A stretch of 64,000 nt of DNA from Trichosphaerium sp. ATCC 40318 (Eukaryota > Protista > Tubulinea), in NCBI GenBank assembly GCA_038496445.1, contig JALMLS010000387.1:1-64000 (forward strand), in the 5' to 3' direction. The notes beneath the pieces are model-generated. The model ran no database searches, had not been told where the DNA came from, and saw only the letters and a program-made list of their open reading frames with translations. A program made the position numbers and the translations under genes. Shown here in pieces: positions 13,985 to 25,144 of the stretch (position 1 is the stretch's first letter; every line of letters begins with the position of its first letter).

Positions 13985-15596
13985 ATGGCTAATTGTACAA
14001 CAGACGATGATTGCCGTAATAGCGGATGGTGTAAAGACGCCGAATGTAACTGTCTATCTGGCTATGGTGGCGTAAGGTACGGATGTCTGGCGAGCTTACG
14101 CTATCTCAACTACTGAGTTGGGCTTTGTTCAAGTCTCTAGCGTTCATTCCAAAAAAAATAAACTTATTAACTTTGTTTTCAAGGTGTGAATACAAGCCTG
14201 AAGGTAGCCCGAAATACTATAACTTCCTTTTAGTAAGTGATAATTACTTACATATATAAGGCGCTTTGTTATGGACGCACAGCGCAGGTGTAGGGGCGAT
14301 GTTTATACTACTATTCGTTTTAGCAATGTACGGTTTTTCTCATTATTTTTAGTATTCACTACGTTAAATCACGTGATCATTAATTTTTTCTTCGAGATGG
14401 CGCATGTACAAAAAGGGTATCATAAAAATGCAACTAACAGCAAGGACTATGACTATCAAATCGTTATGGGCATGTATCATTGTTCTATGCATTGGTGCGT
14501 CTTCATGAACTACTTATTTCTAATCGCTGAAGTTTTAAATCTATTCACTAGCACGAGCTCTATACCAGCTTATTGACCCTTTCTATATACATAACTATCT
14601 ACCATATTGGATCGCAGGTATATTTTGGGCTATGGGAAACGTCGCTCTATTTGCAGTAGTTGTACTTACCTTGCGATTGCTGTAAGAATTCTCTTTGTTG
14701 ATTTTTTTTTAATTTATTTTAAGGGCACTTTTTGAGCCAAGACCGAGTATCTTGACACGTCATTTTGTTTTATGGATTTCTTGGGTATCTTTGATAGGTA
14801 AATGATTATTATTTTAAAGGATATGTACACGTACTAACTAGTATTTTCTTTCTCAGTGCTATTGATTTTCGAGCTTGTTTTTTCTATAGTTCGTCGAGTG
14901 GACTCCTTTAGTATATTAGATTACTTTTACTGGGGTTATTCAGCTTTAATAGTATTATTTGCATGCGTTATATTTTCAATAAGTGGATGTATAGCGTACA
15001 AAAAGTTAAAGAAAAGCAGCTTTAGTGCGCTTAAAAATGTTATGAAAAAGGTAAGAAAAACGAATCTTGAACCAAGTACAATTCATCAACATGGTATCAC
15101 ATTTAGAAAACCGCTTTGTTATAATCTTTACACAGTTTTGGTGTACTTTTACTCCGTTGTTTCATATAAAACTGAAGTGTAGGAGGACTGTTTTGTGCGG
15201 AAAGTGTTTGCACATTAAAACAAAAAAGAACTTGTTTTCACTTAAATCTTCTTTTGTTTCTGGACGTGTACCTCTCTTATTATTTTCCTGATATAGATTG
15301 GTTTTCTAAAAAGGACACATTGCATTATTCTGTCATACTAATTGTTTATTCAGGTTTACAAACTAGTCGCTATATCCTTTATCCAAGGTTTTTTGTATTT
15401 TTTATCAATTGCTGCATTTAACATTATTCGCGTGACAACTATCAAAAGAGAAACAGGACAACTATACACAACCTTCTATGTAATTAGCCATATGTTATTC
15501 AGAATTATGGAATCAGTTATTATAGTAGGTGTAATGTTTACTATGACACCCGAGAGATCCAGAACGATATCAATGAAAAAAACAACTGTAGCTTAA
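13985..15596 (+). CDS. EGF-like N-terminus plus multi-TM (7TM, THH1/TOM1/GPR137-like) receptor
   Basis: MANCTTDDDCRNSGWCKDAECNCLSGYGGVRCE (EGF-like), then hydrophobic exons including RALYQLIDPFY...IAGIFWAMG and ISHMLFRIMESVIIVGVMFTM. Multiple introns. Confidence 0.7.
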
Positions 15597-15999
15597 AAAA
15601 AAAACGAAAAAAAAAACAAAGTAACACGTTTAGCAGTGGACAATTTCTTCAAAATAAAAGAGTGAATGCTCTATGGCAAAAACTATCAGTAGCAATGTTA
15701 CTGACATTGTCAGCACATAGTTGCTAATTAGTGTATTCATGGTGTTGTACACTTTTCAGTTTGAGTTTCAGCTGGTCACTGTTAGTGTATTCATGCTCTT
15801 CTTAGTGGAAAAATACCCAAGTAACCGCCTAACTTTCTTGTAACTATGCTAAGATTTGAGCAAAAGTTAGCTCAAAAAGCTTGAGGTTTTTTGACTTGAA
15901 CAAAACATGTGACTTGCTTACAAGTTGATAAGTTGTTTTGCACTTTTGCATGTACTTTGAGACCGGTTGATTTAGAGCCTGATAATTAAATAAACAAAA

Positions 16000-16071
16000 G
16001 GAGACTTGGTGTTAATGGTAACATACGAGAATGTGGCTCTCGAGTTCTGGGTTCGATTCCCAGAGTCTCCT
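16000..16071 (+). tRNA. tRNA-His(GTG)
   Basis: Acceptor GGAGACT/AGTCTCC, anticodon arm CGAGA-ATGTGGC-TCTCG, T-arm CTGGG-TTCGATT-CCCAG, discriminator T. Confidence 0.92.
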
Positions 16072-16082
16072 ATGTTCCTCAC

Positions 16083-16156
16083 GATCCTGTGTTGTAATTG
16101 GTTTAGCATACCAGACTTTGAATCTGGTGATCTCGGTTCGATTCCGAGCAGGATCT
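16083..16156 (+). tRNA. tRNA-Gln(TTG)
   Basis: Acceptor GATCCTG/CAGGATC, anticodon arm CCAGA-CTTTGAA-TCTGG, T-loop TTCGATT; T6 Pol III terminator follows. Confidence 0.92.
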
Positions 16157-16444
16157 TCTTTTTTAGCCAGCACAATGGTAGTATCACAGTACACCAAGGT
16201 TTTTGGTATTGTATCTGCTGATAGTCTTTACCACGGAAATTAATATGTATAAGCACTATACCCTTCTACCTCTACCTTTTGTTTTGGCAACTGTTAGAAA
16301 GTACTATCCAGAAAAGACCCAGAAACAAACTAGAGTGAACAACTTATATTTTTTGTAGCAAAGCGAGCTTTGTCTTTAGTACTAGAGCAATGTGAAACAA
16401 CTGTACAACGCCAACATGTATGTAGAACGTTTTACAGGTAGCAT

Positions 16445-17504
16445 TCAAGTATGACAACAACCCAATTTGGCCACAATCGAATCTACAACTTGTACGAATT
16501 CTGTTCTTTGAATAGGACTGCGAGACCAAAAACTGGTGATATTTTCAAACGCTTTAACTTGAAACCAGCCTATTTAATTGCAAAGCTGTAGGGTTATACA
16601 CTAAAGGTACAACAAGAAGTAAAACAGTGCTACACAAAGATATCACCGCAAAGTATTTTAATTTCTGGTGGTTTTTTTGACACGTGGTTAGAGTCTTTTT
16701 TAGTTATGTACAAGTTACAGGGAGAGAAGGGTGGATCAAGTGATTTCGTGAGATATTTTTTATAGTACATAATCGCGGTATTTAGTGTTTCTTTTTCTAA
16801 TACGTTGAGGTAGCTTAGGTGTTGTAGGTCTCGTGTTAATCGCTTTCCTATTTTTTTGATTTGACCTTGTTGTACCAGCAATTGACGTCTTTGAACGCGT
16901 CTGTATTACTCTTCCTACAGGCTTAGGTTGTGGTTTTGTTTTCTTCTTTTCTGTGATAACCGGTGTTCGTGTATTTAATGTAATTGGAGATGAGTTATGG
17001 GCGGCAATGTGAAGCTTTAAAAAAAAAAAGTTAAGATTTTGACAGATTTTCAGTTAAGGAACTGCGAGTTCCTGCGTCGTACCTTTGGTAGTTGCATATT
17101 CATAGGCGATATTTGAGTGCTAGTAAGCTCAATTTTTATTCCTTGTGAACCGTTGTTGCTTGTTGTGTTAGTGGGTTGGTCCGGAGTGTCAGAACCTCGC
17201 AAGTCACATGTTGTAGAAAAAGAAAAATCAATTGGTTCCCAGTCCATTTGCTCTGCCACAGGGAAATTTAACTACACATGAAAATAGTCAGCATAATTTA
17301 GGAAGTAAGTTAGCCTTGGAAACGGCTTAAACAAGTAACCAAAACCGAACTAAAACCGCAAAATGAAAAACCCAAAAAAACGGGAAAAAAAACCAAAAAA
17401 AAAAATTGTTGGTTCCTTACGTCTGTGAGTTCATCAAAGATATCACCATATTCATATGTATTAAATGCATTGGTTGGTGCGTTAACGTAGGCGGTATTAT
17501 CCAT
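16445..17504 (-). CDS. Hypothetical low-complexity (Thr/Ser/Pro, basic) protein between the inverted tRNA units
   Basis: Exons MDNTAYVNAP...DIFDELTD, AEQMDWEPIDF...QLPK, KPQPKPVGRVIQTRSK...PKLPQ and WFQVKAFENITSFWSR...AKLGCCHT*, separated by GT-AG introns. Model approximate. Confidence 0.5.
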
Positions 17505-18530
17505 TTGAAAGTATTGTGATGTATCGACAAAATCAGATCGCGAAAAATTCTGGTCAACGTTGTTTCTGCTCTGTAAAAAAAACGTGTCAATTGATTTCCT
17601 TTTCGCCGAAATTAACCAGAAAATAAGAAGTAACTTCGACTTATAAAAACTGAAACCAAATTTATAAATTTGGGTAGAACGTGTTATAAATAAAAGTCAA
17701 AGAAAATTCAATAATCAATGAATTTGTAAATTATTGTAAAACTCGTTTCAGGGTCTTTTGATTTTATGTACTGTACCATTATTTACGTAGTTTACGAAGT
17801 ATGTAAGATTATTTTTGTTTAGATTTGTGTTGTAAGGTAATAGTTGTGTGAGGTGACGTTGCCAAAAACAGAGGTCAATAAACTTGGGTGATAATAAGTG
17901 TCACTTAAAGTCGCTGCAAGTCAACGAAAACCGTTCAGAAATTAGGTTGATGTGCTTACCTTGTTGGTATGTTATAAATGATAGTGACTTAAGCTTAAAC
18001 GCTCCTTACCAGCTTACTGTTCGAGGTGAACCTCACTTTTAACTAAACGTTTTTCAGCGTGAAGAAGTGCGGGAAAATCAGGTTTACCGTTCATTGTGCC
18101 ACGTGTGCATGCACTCAACCTTAACTGCGAAACGTAGCTCTCATCCTGTCTGTAAGATAAACTTGTTAAGACGGGCAAACGTTCGAAGTATGCGGATAAA
18201 CTAGCGCGGTAATTCTACTAAATATTTGTTGCAAGAATTCCACTTTGTTCTCTCAGAGATTGCTATCAAAGCATGAGTTCACTTTAAACAAGTATGAAAA
18301 TGGTCTTGTAAGAGTGTACACAACTCATGTACCGTTACAGTTTCTACAACACAGAGTAGAATAAGCTGAACATTGCTGAATTCACCATCGAAATCAAATA
18401 CTTTCGCTTTTCTCACAGAGGAATTCTGTACAGGTTCAAAATGAACAAAAGGCAAGTACATAGTATGGTGATAACACATATATTAGTTTCCGTGGCATAC
18501 TGTTGATGCTATTGTGCTTGCTAAAAAAGA

Positions 18531-18604
18531 AGATCCTGCTCGGAATCGAACCGAGATCACCAGATTCAAAGTCTGGTATGCTAAACCAATTACAACACAG
18601 GATC
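18531..18604 (-). tRNA. tRNA-Gln(TTG), second copy
   Basis: Exact reverse complement of 16083-16156. Confidence 0.92.
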
Positions 18605-18615
18605 GTGAGGAACAT

Positions 18616-18687
18616 AGGAGACTCTGGGAATCGAACCCAGAACTCGAGAGCCACATTCTCGTATGTTACCATTAACACCAAGTCTCC
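18616..18687 (-). tRNA. tRNA-His(GTG), second copy
   Basis: Exact reverse complement of 16000-16071. Confidence 0.92.
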
Positions 18688-19250
18688 TTTTGTTTATTTA
18701 ATTATCAGGCTCTAAATCAACCGGTCTCAAAGTACATACAATAGTGCAAAAACAACTTATCTTGCATTCTTTCCATTGACATATAAATGCTCTCTCATTT
18801 TACCATTGTCCTTGTTTGTACTTTCCAATAAACAAACAAGCAATCCAAATATACCATGTTTGTAAGATTTACACCAAACCTGTCGTTGTTAGAATTCTGA
18901 AAGCTGGGAATCCTAAAAGGGTGTTTTTCGAAATCATACTTTTTGTTTGGTTTTAGTTGTGTTTTACAACTTTGTTCGTGTACTGATAGGCGATGATAGA
19001 AGAGAATGTACCACTGTGAAGATATCTGGGGGTTCTTAATTGATTCAGCAAACACTGAGCAGTGTATACTTTTATTCAACGAAAAGACATATGAAGTAAA
19101 TGAAAAATAAATTTGAACGCCAATATCAGTCAAGAAGAGCGCTCACCCCGTTCAAATAAAAAACTGTATGAGCCAAAATGAAAACTAGTTTAATCTACAT
19201 GTGCTATAGTACTCTTTGAATGTATATACAGTAACTGAATTATTGTACAA

Positions 19251-20088
19251 TTAAACAAGCAACAATAACATTACAATCAAAGTTATCCCAGGGAGTGAGA
19301 TATAAGATGAAGACTCGGGTGAAGGTCCTATGGTGGGTTCTAGTGTAGTTGGCGGTGCTGTTGGATTTGGAGTTGGGGGTGAAGAAGGGCCTAAAATGAA
19401 GGCTATTCGATGTACACATACTTCGTACTGTTCATTTTTGTCATCCGAGAATAGCCTTACTGTATCTTTGATAGTTGGAAGCCCATTGCGTTCTATAAAA
19501 GATACTAGGTATTCATCTTCCCCTGCTATTGTAAAAGTACAATTTCTAGTGGCAGGATCATAACTGTAAGACTCAATAAGCGGTTGTTTAAACTAATAAA
19601 TAAGACGTACGTAAAAAGAATTGTAAATGCCCCAGTTTCTATATCTGGAGTAACATTTTCAGGAACTCCTTGAAGGAACGCCAACTTTTCTCCAAAGAAG
19701 TAAAAGCCATCATCGCTGGTTGTATCCCATCCTAGTATTCTCCCATAACCTCCAAGGCGAAGAACAACGTCTACTTGCATTAAAACAATGTAAGGAGCAT
19801 TAATTAATCTTTCATCAGGATTGGTTAGTATTAAATTTGGGTTGACACCACTAGGTAATACGATACATCCTTGTGTGTAGTTTTGGGGTATGCCAATGGT
19901 TAAAATACTATCACGTGATTAGGAAATCATCAATATCAGTTTGAAGAGTTGTTGTTAACATACCCGTCACCTGCTTCGTCATCAAGATTATTAGTAAAGG
20001 AAAAGTTATGTACAATTGTAACTTGGAAGTGAGCAGAGTGAAGGAATAGCGCCAATATTGTGAGCAGAGTAAGTGTATGTTGATACAT
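19251..20088 (-). CDS. Secreted, probably GPI-anchored protein (LamG/ConA-like fold suspected)
   Basis: Signal MYQHTLTLLTILALFLHSA; VHNFSFTNNLDDEAG; GYGRILGWDTTSDDGFYFF; PT-rich stalk; hydrophobic C-terminus SLPGITLIVMLLLLV*. Confidence 0.65.
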
Positions 20089-20614
20089 TATTTAACGGGA
20101 TACTATTGACGTCGAAGCACTAGAATTATGGTACAAGATTCGCTAGCAGTTACTGTTAAGCAAATGCGAATTTTAACACCAAAAATAAAACGCTATTCAA
20201 TGAATACGAGTTGGCATGCTTTCTCGAAGGAACTAACTTTCTGAGGAACGTAAATGCATGGAGTAATATACCACAAGTATCCAAGACAGGATAGAACTAG
20301 ATCGTGTTTTAGATAGCTGAATAGCAAAACGTCTGATTTGATGTTTGATGTTGGTTGTTTGGTCTACTGTTTGATAAGCGATTGAGTATTTAATCCAGCG
20401 AAAAGATATGTTGATATCAGACATCCAACAAGCTTTTTTTAACAGCTTCTCTATAACTTGATGCATCGTAAAAGCCGCATTAAATTTGGTAGTCCATTCT
20501 CAAAACAATCACGTGATTTCAGTTTATTTTTTGCTTGACACGAAATTCTAATTTGAAAAAAAAAAACATGGAATGTGAAGGGGCTTTATTAAATCACTTT
20601 AGCGATATATGCGC

Positions 20615-21361
20615 TTAGGTACAGGCATTACAATCGCCATTGAGAGGCAGTACAACACTTGCAGTAGTGAGAGGGTGGATAGCAGCATCGCCTTTCCAAC
20701 AGAAATGAAAAGAGTTATAGATTTGTACTTCGGAGAACTCCCAGCCATCGTTTGCGAATATTTTCATCTCAACACCTTGAAGTGTCTTGTCTTTGTTCTT
20801 TGCAGGTGCGACCATGTAGAATACATCAACAGCACCTGATTGGAACTCGTTGACTCGGGGATCTTCAAGAGCAGCGCTGTAAGGAGAATAGGTTCCATCG
20901 GTGTAAGCATATCGGTACTTAATTGGAGCATTTGTTCCATGGTATTGGCCGCTCTTTGTCTTTGTCATTATCATGGTGTTCTCGCTAGTAACCTTCTCGT
21001 ATGTATCTCCGGGTGCTTGATTGTTAGTGTTTGAACAGCTGGTCATGTAGAATAGGTTGCATACACTTCCGTAGTAGGATGTGTAGTAATTACAGCGGTC
21101 ATCTGCATTACATAGTTGTTCACATTGAGCTTTTGTAACTGAGGTATCTCGAGGGAAGGAACATTCTCCAGAACCGCCAACCCAACTGCAGTGTGTTACT
21201 GTTGATCCGGGAACAGAACCATCGCAGTACACAAATTGACCGGCATGCATGTCTTTACGACAGCCAGAACAAGTGTTGTGAGCGTTGATAGTAATGGCTT
21301 TGTAGTTGAAGGCCAGTGCTAATGAAAAGCAGAGACAGAGTAGAATCGATGAATAGTTCAT
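20615..21361 (-). CDS. Secreted Cys-rich protein: PAN/apple-like module plus PLAT/LH2 domain
   Basis: Signal peptide; CEQLCNADDRCNYYTSYYGSVCNL (PAN-like); GTNAPIKY...FQSGAVDVF...DGWEFSEVQI (PLAT-like). Intronless 248-aa ORF. Confidence 0.75.
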   Translation of the reverse strand: MNYSSILLCLCFSLALAFNYKAITINAHNTCSGCRKDMHAGQFVYCDGSVPGSTVTHCSWVGGSGECSFPRDTSVTKAQCEQLCNADDRCNYYTSYYGSVCNLFYMTSCSNTNNQAPGDTYEKVTSENTMIMTKTKSGQYHGTNAPIKYRYAYTDGTYSPYSAALEDPRVNEFQSGAVDVFYMVAPAKNKDKTLQGVEMKIFANDGWEFSEVQIYNSFHFCWKGDAAIHPLTTASVVLPLNGDCNACT

Positions 21362-23973
21362 GAGTGGAGGGGCTTGGGCGTAAAATAGAACTGTTGTTTG
21401 TTGTTTGAGGGTTATTGGTGAATGATCAACAATGTTGACTTAAAGCACGTGTGCACGAAAGAAAAACCCAACAACTATTTAAATGTTAGCGCTAGTGAAA
21501 AAAAGAAACGAGAATAAATGTTATGAAATAAACAGCTTTGTCGGGTTTTTAAAGGAAAAAAAAGTCCAAGCCCATTGGTATTGTGATACGCTGTATTAAA
21601 AATATCTCAATATTGTTAACTATTAAAATATGAACACGTGGAAGAGTTTTGAGCTTGTTTTTGGCGTGTTTTAGTCTATTCAATGTGTTCAGTGAACTAT
21701 TGATTTTACAAATAATTTCGCTCTTCTGCCGACCCGAATAACTTCTATGAACTGTATTACATGTCCGTTTAACTGTTGGTAACAAAAATTTGAGCACAAT
21801 AACAATCTCAAAGGGAGTGCTTTTTTCTCAAAACCCCAAAAAACAAGATTGCAAAAAGTGACTATGCCACACTTTTTCTTGTAGTACCCATCCTCAGTCC
21901 AAGTCCAAGTGCACTAAATATTCCACCTGTAGGATAGCAGTATTTTAAACAAGGCTCTCACACCCGACAGCGCTATCATTCCCACAGCGACAGCATTCTT
22001 GTCTCCGCAAATCTCAAGTTATGTACAATGACCTTTCTGCTACCCGGTATCAGTGCCCCGGTGTTAAGAAGTGCCCTATGTTCAAGTTACATTGCAGTAT
22101 TTGTAGTTATATTTTAAGACTGCCTGACATCGCTCTCATTGTAAGAACGATCTTTTGTTTGCAGTATCACAAGTTGCAGTATGAAGTTTTAAAAGAAAAA
22201 TACTTTTCCATACTCTTGAGAGAAACCACTGTAGTTGTATAGTAGCTATACCGCACAACAACAATGAATGAGCAATAAAACCATGTGATTCAGAAGAGAG
22301 TGCTTGCTAAACAACACTGTCGCTCTCATACTTGATAGACGCTTTAACTGTTCCTCCCAACATAAACTGTTCCTCCCAACATAAACTGTTTTTATGTTCC
22401 CGTCCTCACATCTTTCTTCACTCTTAATACCAACTACAGCGGTACATGGAGGGTTGGTGGAAAATAGAGGCATACCGCAGCAATAGGTCACAAAAAATTA
22501 GCTAACTAGCTGTGCAACACTTTTTGATTTAGCAACTAGCGTGTATACCTTGAAGAGGACTAACGTCTCTTCATTGCTGATGCCACCAATAGAGGGTGTT
22601 TTTCAAATTTCCTACGCAACAAGAGAAACTACTAACACTAAAGTACATATCACAAGAGATTGCTACAGAACCTAACTGCCAACAGCTCATCCAATTTTTT
22701 TCGTCCAGCGCTCACTAATATTTCAATTATACACGCCCACTGCAGTATACGGATGTGACGAATCACAAAATAGTTCTTACAACACTTTGCTCAATAATCA
22801 TAGCTACTACACAGTGACGTAGAGGAAGGTATTCTTCCTATTCAAAGGTTCAAAATTTGCTGTTGCTAGCCTTAGATTATAAATGCGTTTTAATCCTTTA
22901 CAAGGCGAAGGCATAGATTTTGAGATGATAGAATTAATCTGTATCAAGCACATTGTAAACTGCAATTCTGATGCGCGGTAAAGACTTATCACTCTAACTC
23001 AGGTGTTAAAATAAAAACTGCAAGTTTAGAATTTGTCGTGTTGTTTAGAGGACACTGACTTGAATAGAATTGATCTCATTAACCTGAGATCACTTGAATA
23101 GAGTCGTACATTGTGATGACACATACTTGTTACGCTGATATAAAATATTGCTGCTATCAAGCAACACGTGATTTATAGCGGTAGCACCAATTCTGACCTT
23201 ACAACCACCAAGTAATCTAACTTATTCGAACTTTCATCGACACCAATCCACTACGAATGAGAAACAGAGGGCTTTGTGCGTTACACAAAGTACTAAAATG
23301 ACATATCAAGGCCTAGCCTGCGTACTCTAGAAGTGCTACATGTGCTCACAAACCCTTGGTAATAAGTCACTCCGCAAAAACGTCGCCACACTTCAACAAT
23401 GGAACGCTTTGTAATCTTCACTGGCCTCTTGCTAGTCTATCACAGATACAAGTTGCAACCTTTAAACGAGCCCATAAGCACGCAGATTACCGCAAAGCCT
23501 ACATTGCAAAAGAACATGAAATAATCAGGAAATTCAATGCATAAAAGAGTCCGTTGATCTAAGCTACCATCAACAAACGATAAACTAAACATACTCATTA
23601 AGTACCAAGACGATCCAGACAAGGATCTGCTTTGTGTAATACCATGTGTCTTTGAAGCTTTAATCTGTGAATACTTCTTCAAAGACGAGCGAACTCTGTC
23701 ATAGTGCTTGGAATACATGTATCGATACCTTGAGATGCGCAAAGACATATCCACCAACAGTAGCACCTCGGACAACAAATTCAACTTAATCAATGCAAAA
23801 ACGCACTGCTGTAGACAAACCTATGCCCTCTTGCTTGTGAATGCTTCTTGAAAAATGGCTTGCACTTGGATTTAAACCTGAAGACTGTTTTGAATATTGT
23901 TTTCCTGGCTCCAGCCACAAGATTTGATTTAGTCCATTTACAATCCAACGTATTGTAGGGAAATTCTAATAGT

Positions 23974-24867
23974 TTATTGTTTTTGTTTGTTCATGGTAAG
24001 ATTTACAATACTACTAATAAGATAAGAACAATGGCCTGACATCTCCTCACGTTTTTTCCTTACAGTGTTAAGTTGAAAAAACACTTGAAGCTGAAATACA
24101 TGTGGTGTTGAAGAATCAGCAACACGTACTTCTATGCTTTCACCATGAAGAGAAAACATTTCAGGAGGTTGACAATCCTCTTGTGACCTAGGATCATACA
24201 AGAAAATAGCGGTTGGGGTTGGACCTGACATACCAAAACGAAAAGGTACTTTGTATGTGTGTACATCGCCAGGGTTAAGTCTAATATCTGAGTCATGTAG
24301 CCTTAATGCGTTGAAGTGAATGCTTCTATAATTGTCTAGATGACTCCTAGGGTCTGTTACTCTAGGATTCCATACATATAAACCATAACCTCCATCAATA
24401 CCTCTGGATTCTATGTCCTCTGGTTTGTCACCAACATTTTCTAGTTTGAGTGTGAATAATATAGTATCACCGTTATGTACACGTGTTTTATCACAAGTCA
24501 ACTCAGCAATGATGTTTGGAACAAGTTTGTTTTTGTACTTTTCTTTCCACGTGATTGGTTCTAATTTGTATGCAGTAGGTGGTGCTATGGGTTTATACTT
24601 CATTAAATTTTTCTGAATAATCACGTGGATAGCAGACTCTATTTCTTCAGCGCCCTTACCCCATTTACGATGGTACAAGCCTCGATAAATATAATCTGAG
24701 TTGTTTCGTATCATATCGTCCAGAAAATGGTTTGATTGTTGTAACGAAGCCAAATCTTGCCATGAAATGCCATTTCTCACGATAATAATCAAAAGAATCT
24801 CAACAGGTATTGACACTAATAGTTGTGATGAATGCACTAATTTTGAGGTTGAACCTTTAACTGACAT
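23974..24867 (-). CDS. F-box-like protein with C-terminal beta-sandwich (Ig-like) domain
   Basis: LVSIPVEILLIII...WQDLASLQQSNHFL (F-box-like), WKEKY, then VHNGDTILFTLKLENVG...LNPGDVHTY. Intronless; paralog at 59995-60874. Confidence 0.75.
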   Translation of the reverse strand: MSVKGSTSKLVHSSQLLVSIPVEILLIIIVRNGISWQDLASLQQSNHFLDDMIRNNSDYIYRGLYHRKWGKGAEEIESAIHVIIQKNLMKYKPIAPPTAYKLEPITWKEKYKNKLVPNIIAELTCDKTRVHNGDTILFTLKLENVGDKPEDIESRGIDGGYGLYVWNPRVTDPRSHLDNYRSIHFNALRLHDSDIRLNPGDVHTYKVPFRFGMSGPTPTAIFLYDPRSQEDCQPPEMFSLHGESIEVRVADSSTPHVFQLQVFFQLNTVRKKREEMSGHCSYLISSIVNLTMNKQKQ

Positions 24868-25144
24868 TGCTTTGCAGTTGGATAATTTGCTTTTTTCAGT
24901 TAAGTGCACCTAACATAACTTTTTATGGCGTTGCTTAGGTTTGCTGAAAAGTTCTGGTAAAAGATTTCCTGGCCAACTACATTGCCGGATCTCAATCAGC
25001 ATGTCAGGTGAAGCTTGTATTAAACAATAAACAAGGGGTTCATTATAACATGACTAAAGTTCTTCAACCCTAGGTATTGTTGCACCAAGCCCAACGACAA
25101 CAGCAAAAGCAACTATGCAATATGGATTCAACAACAACTTGTTC

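Larger units (their letters stand above)
15927..18761. repeat. Inverted repeat pair (about 15927-16250 and 18476-18761), each arm carrying the His-Gln tRNA pair
   Basis: The arms are reverse complements: identical across the tRNAs and the immediately upstream flank, diverging outward. Confidence 0.9.

Noticed and set aside
15972-18715. Duplicated short ORFs (MVLMVTYENVALEF..., ...LGIEPRSPDSKSG...)
   Set aside because: They are translations of the tRNA genes, not proteins.
22346-22390. 19-bp tandem duplication AACTGTTCCTCCCAACATA, and an 11-bp one near 62268
   Set aside because: Only two units and no spacers; simple slippage, not CRISPR-like.
21800-23900. Coding-like stretch with LRR-ish fragments
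   Set aside because: No consistent frame or motif that I can support; possibly an old pseudogene.
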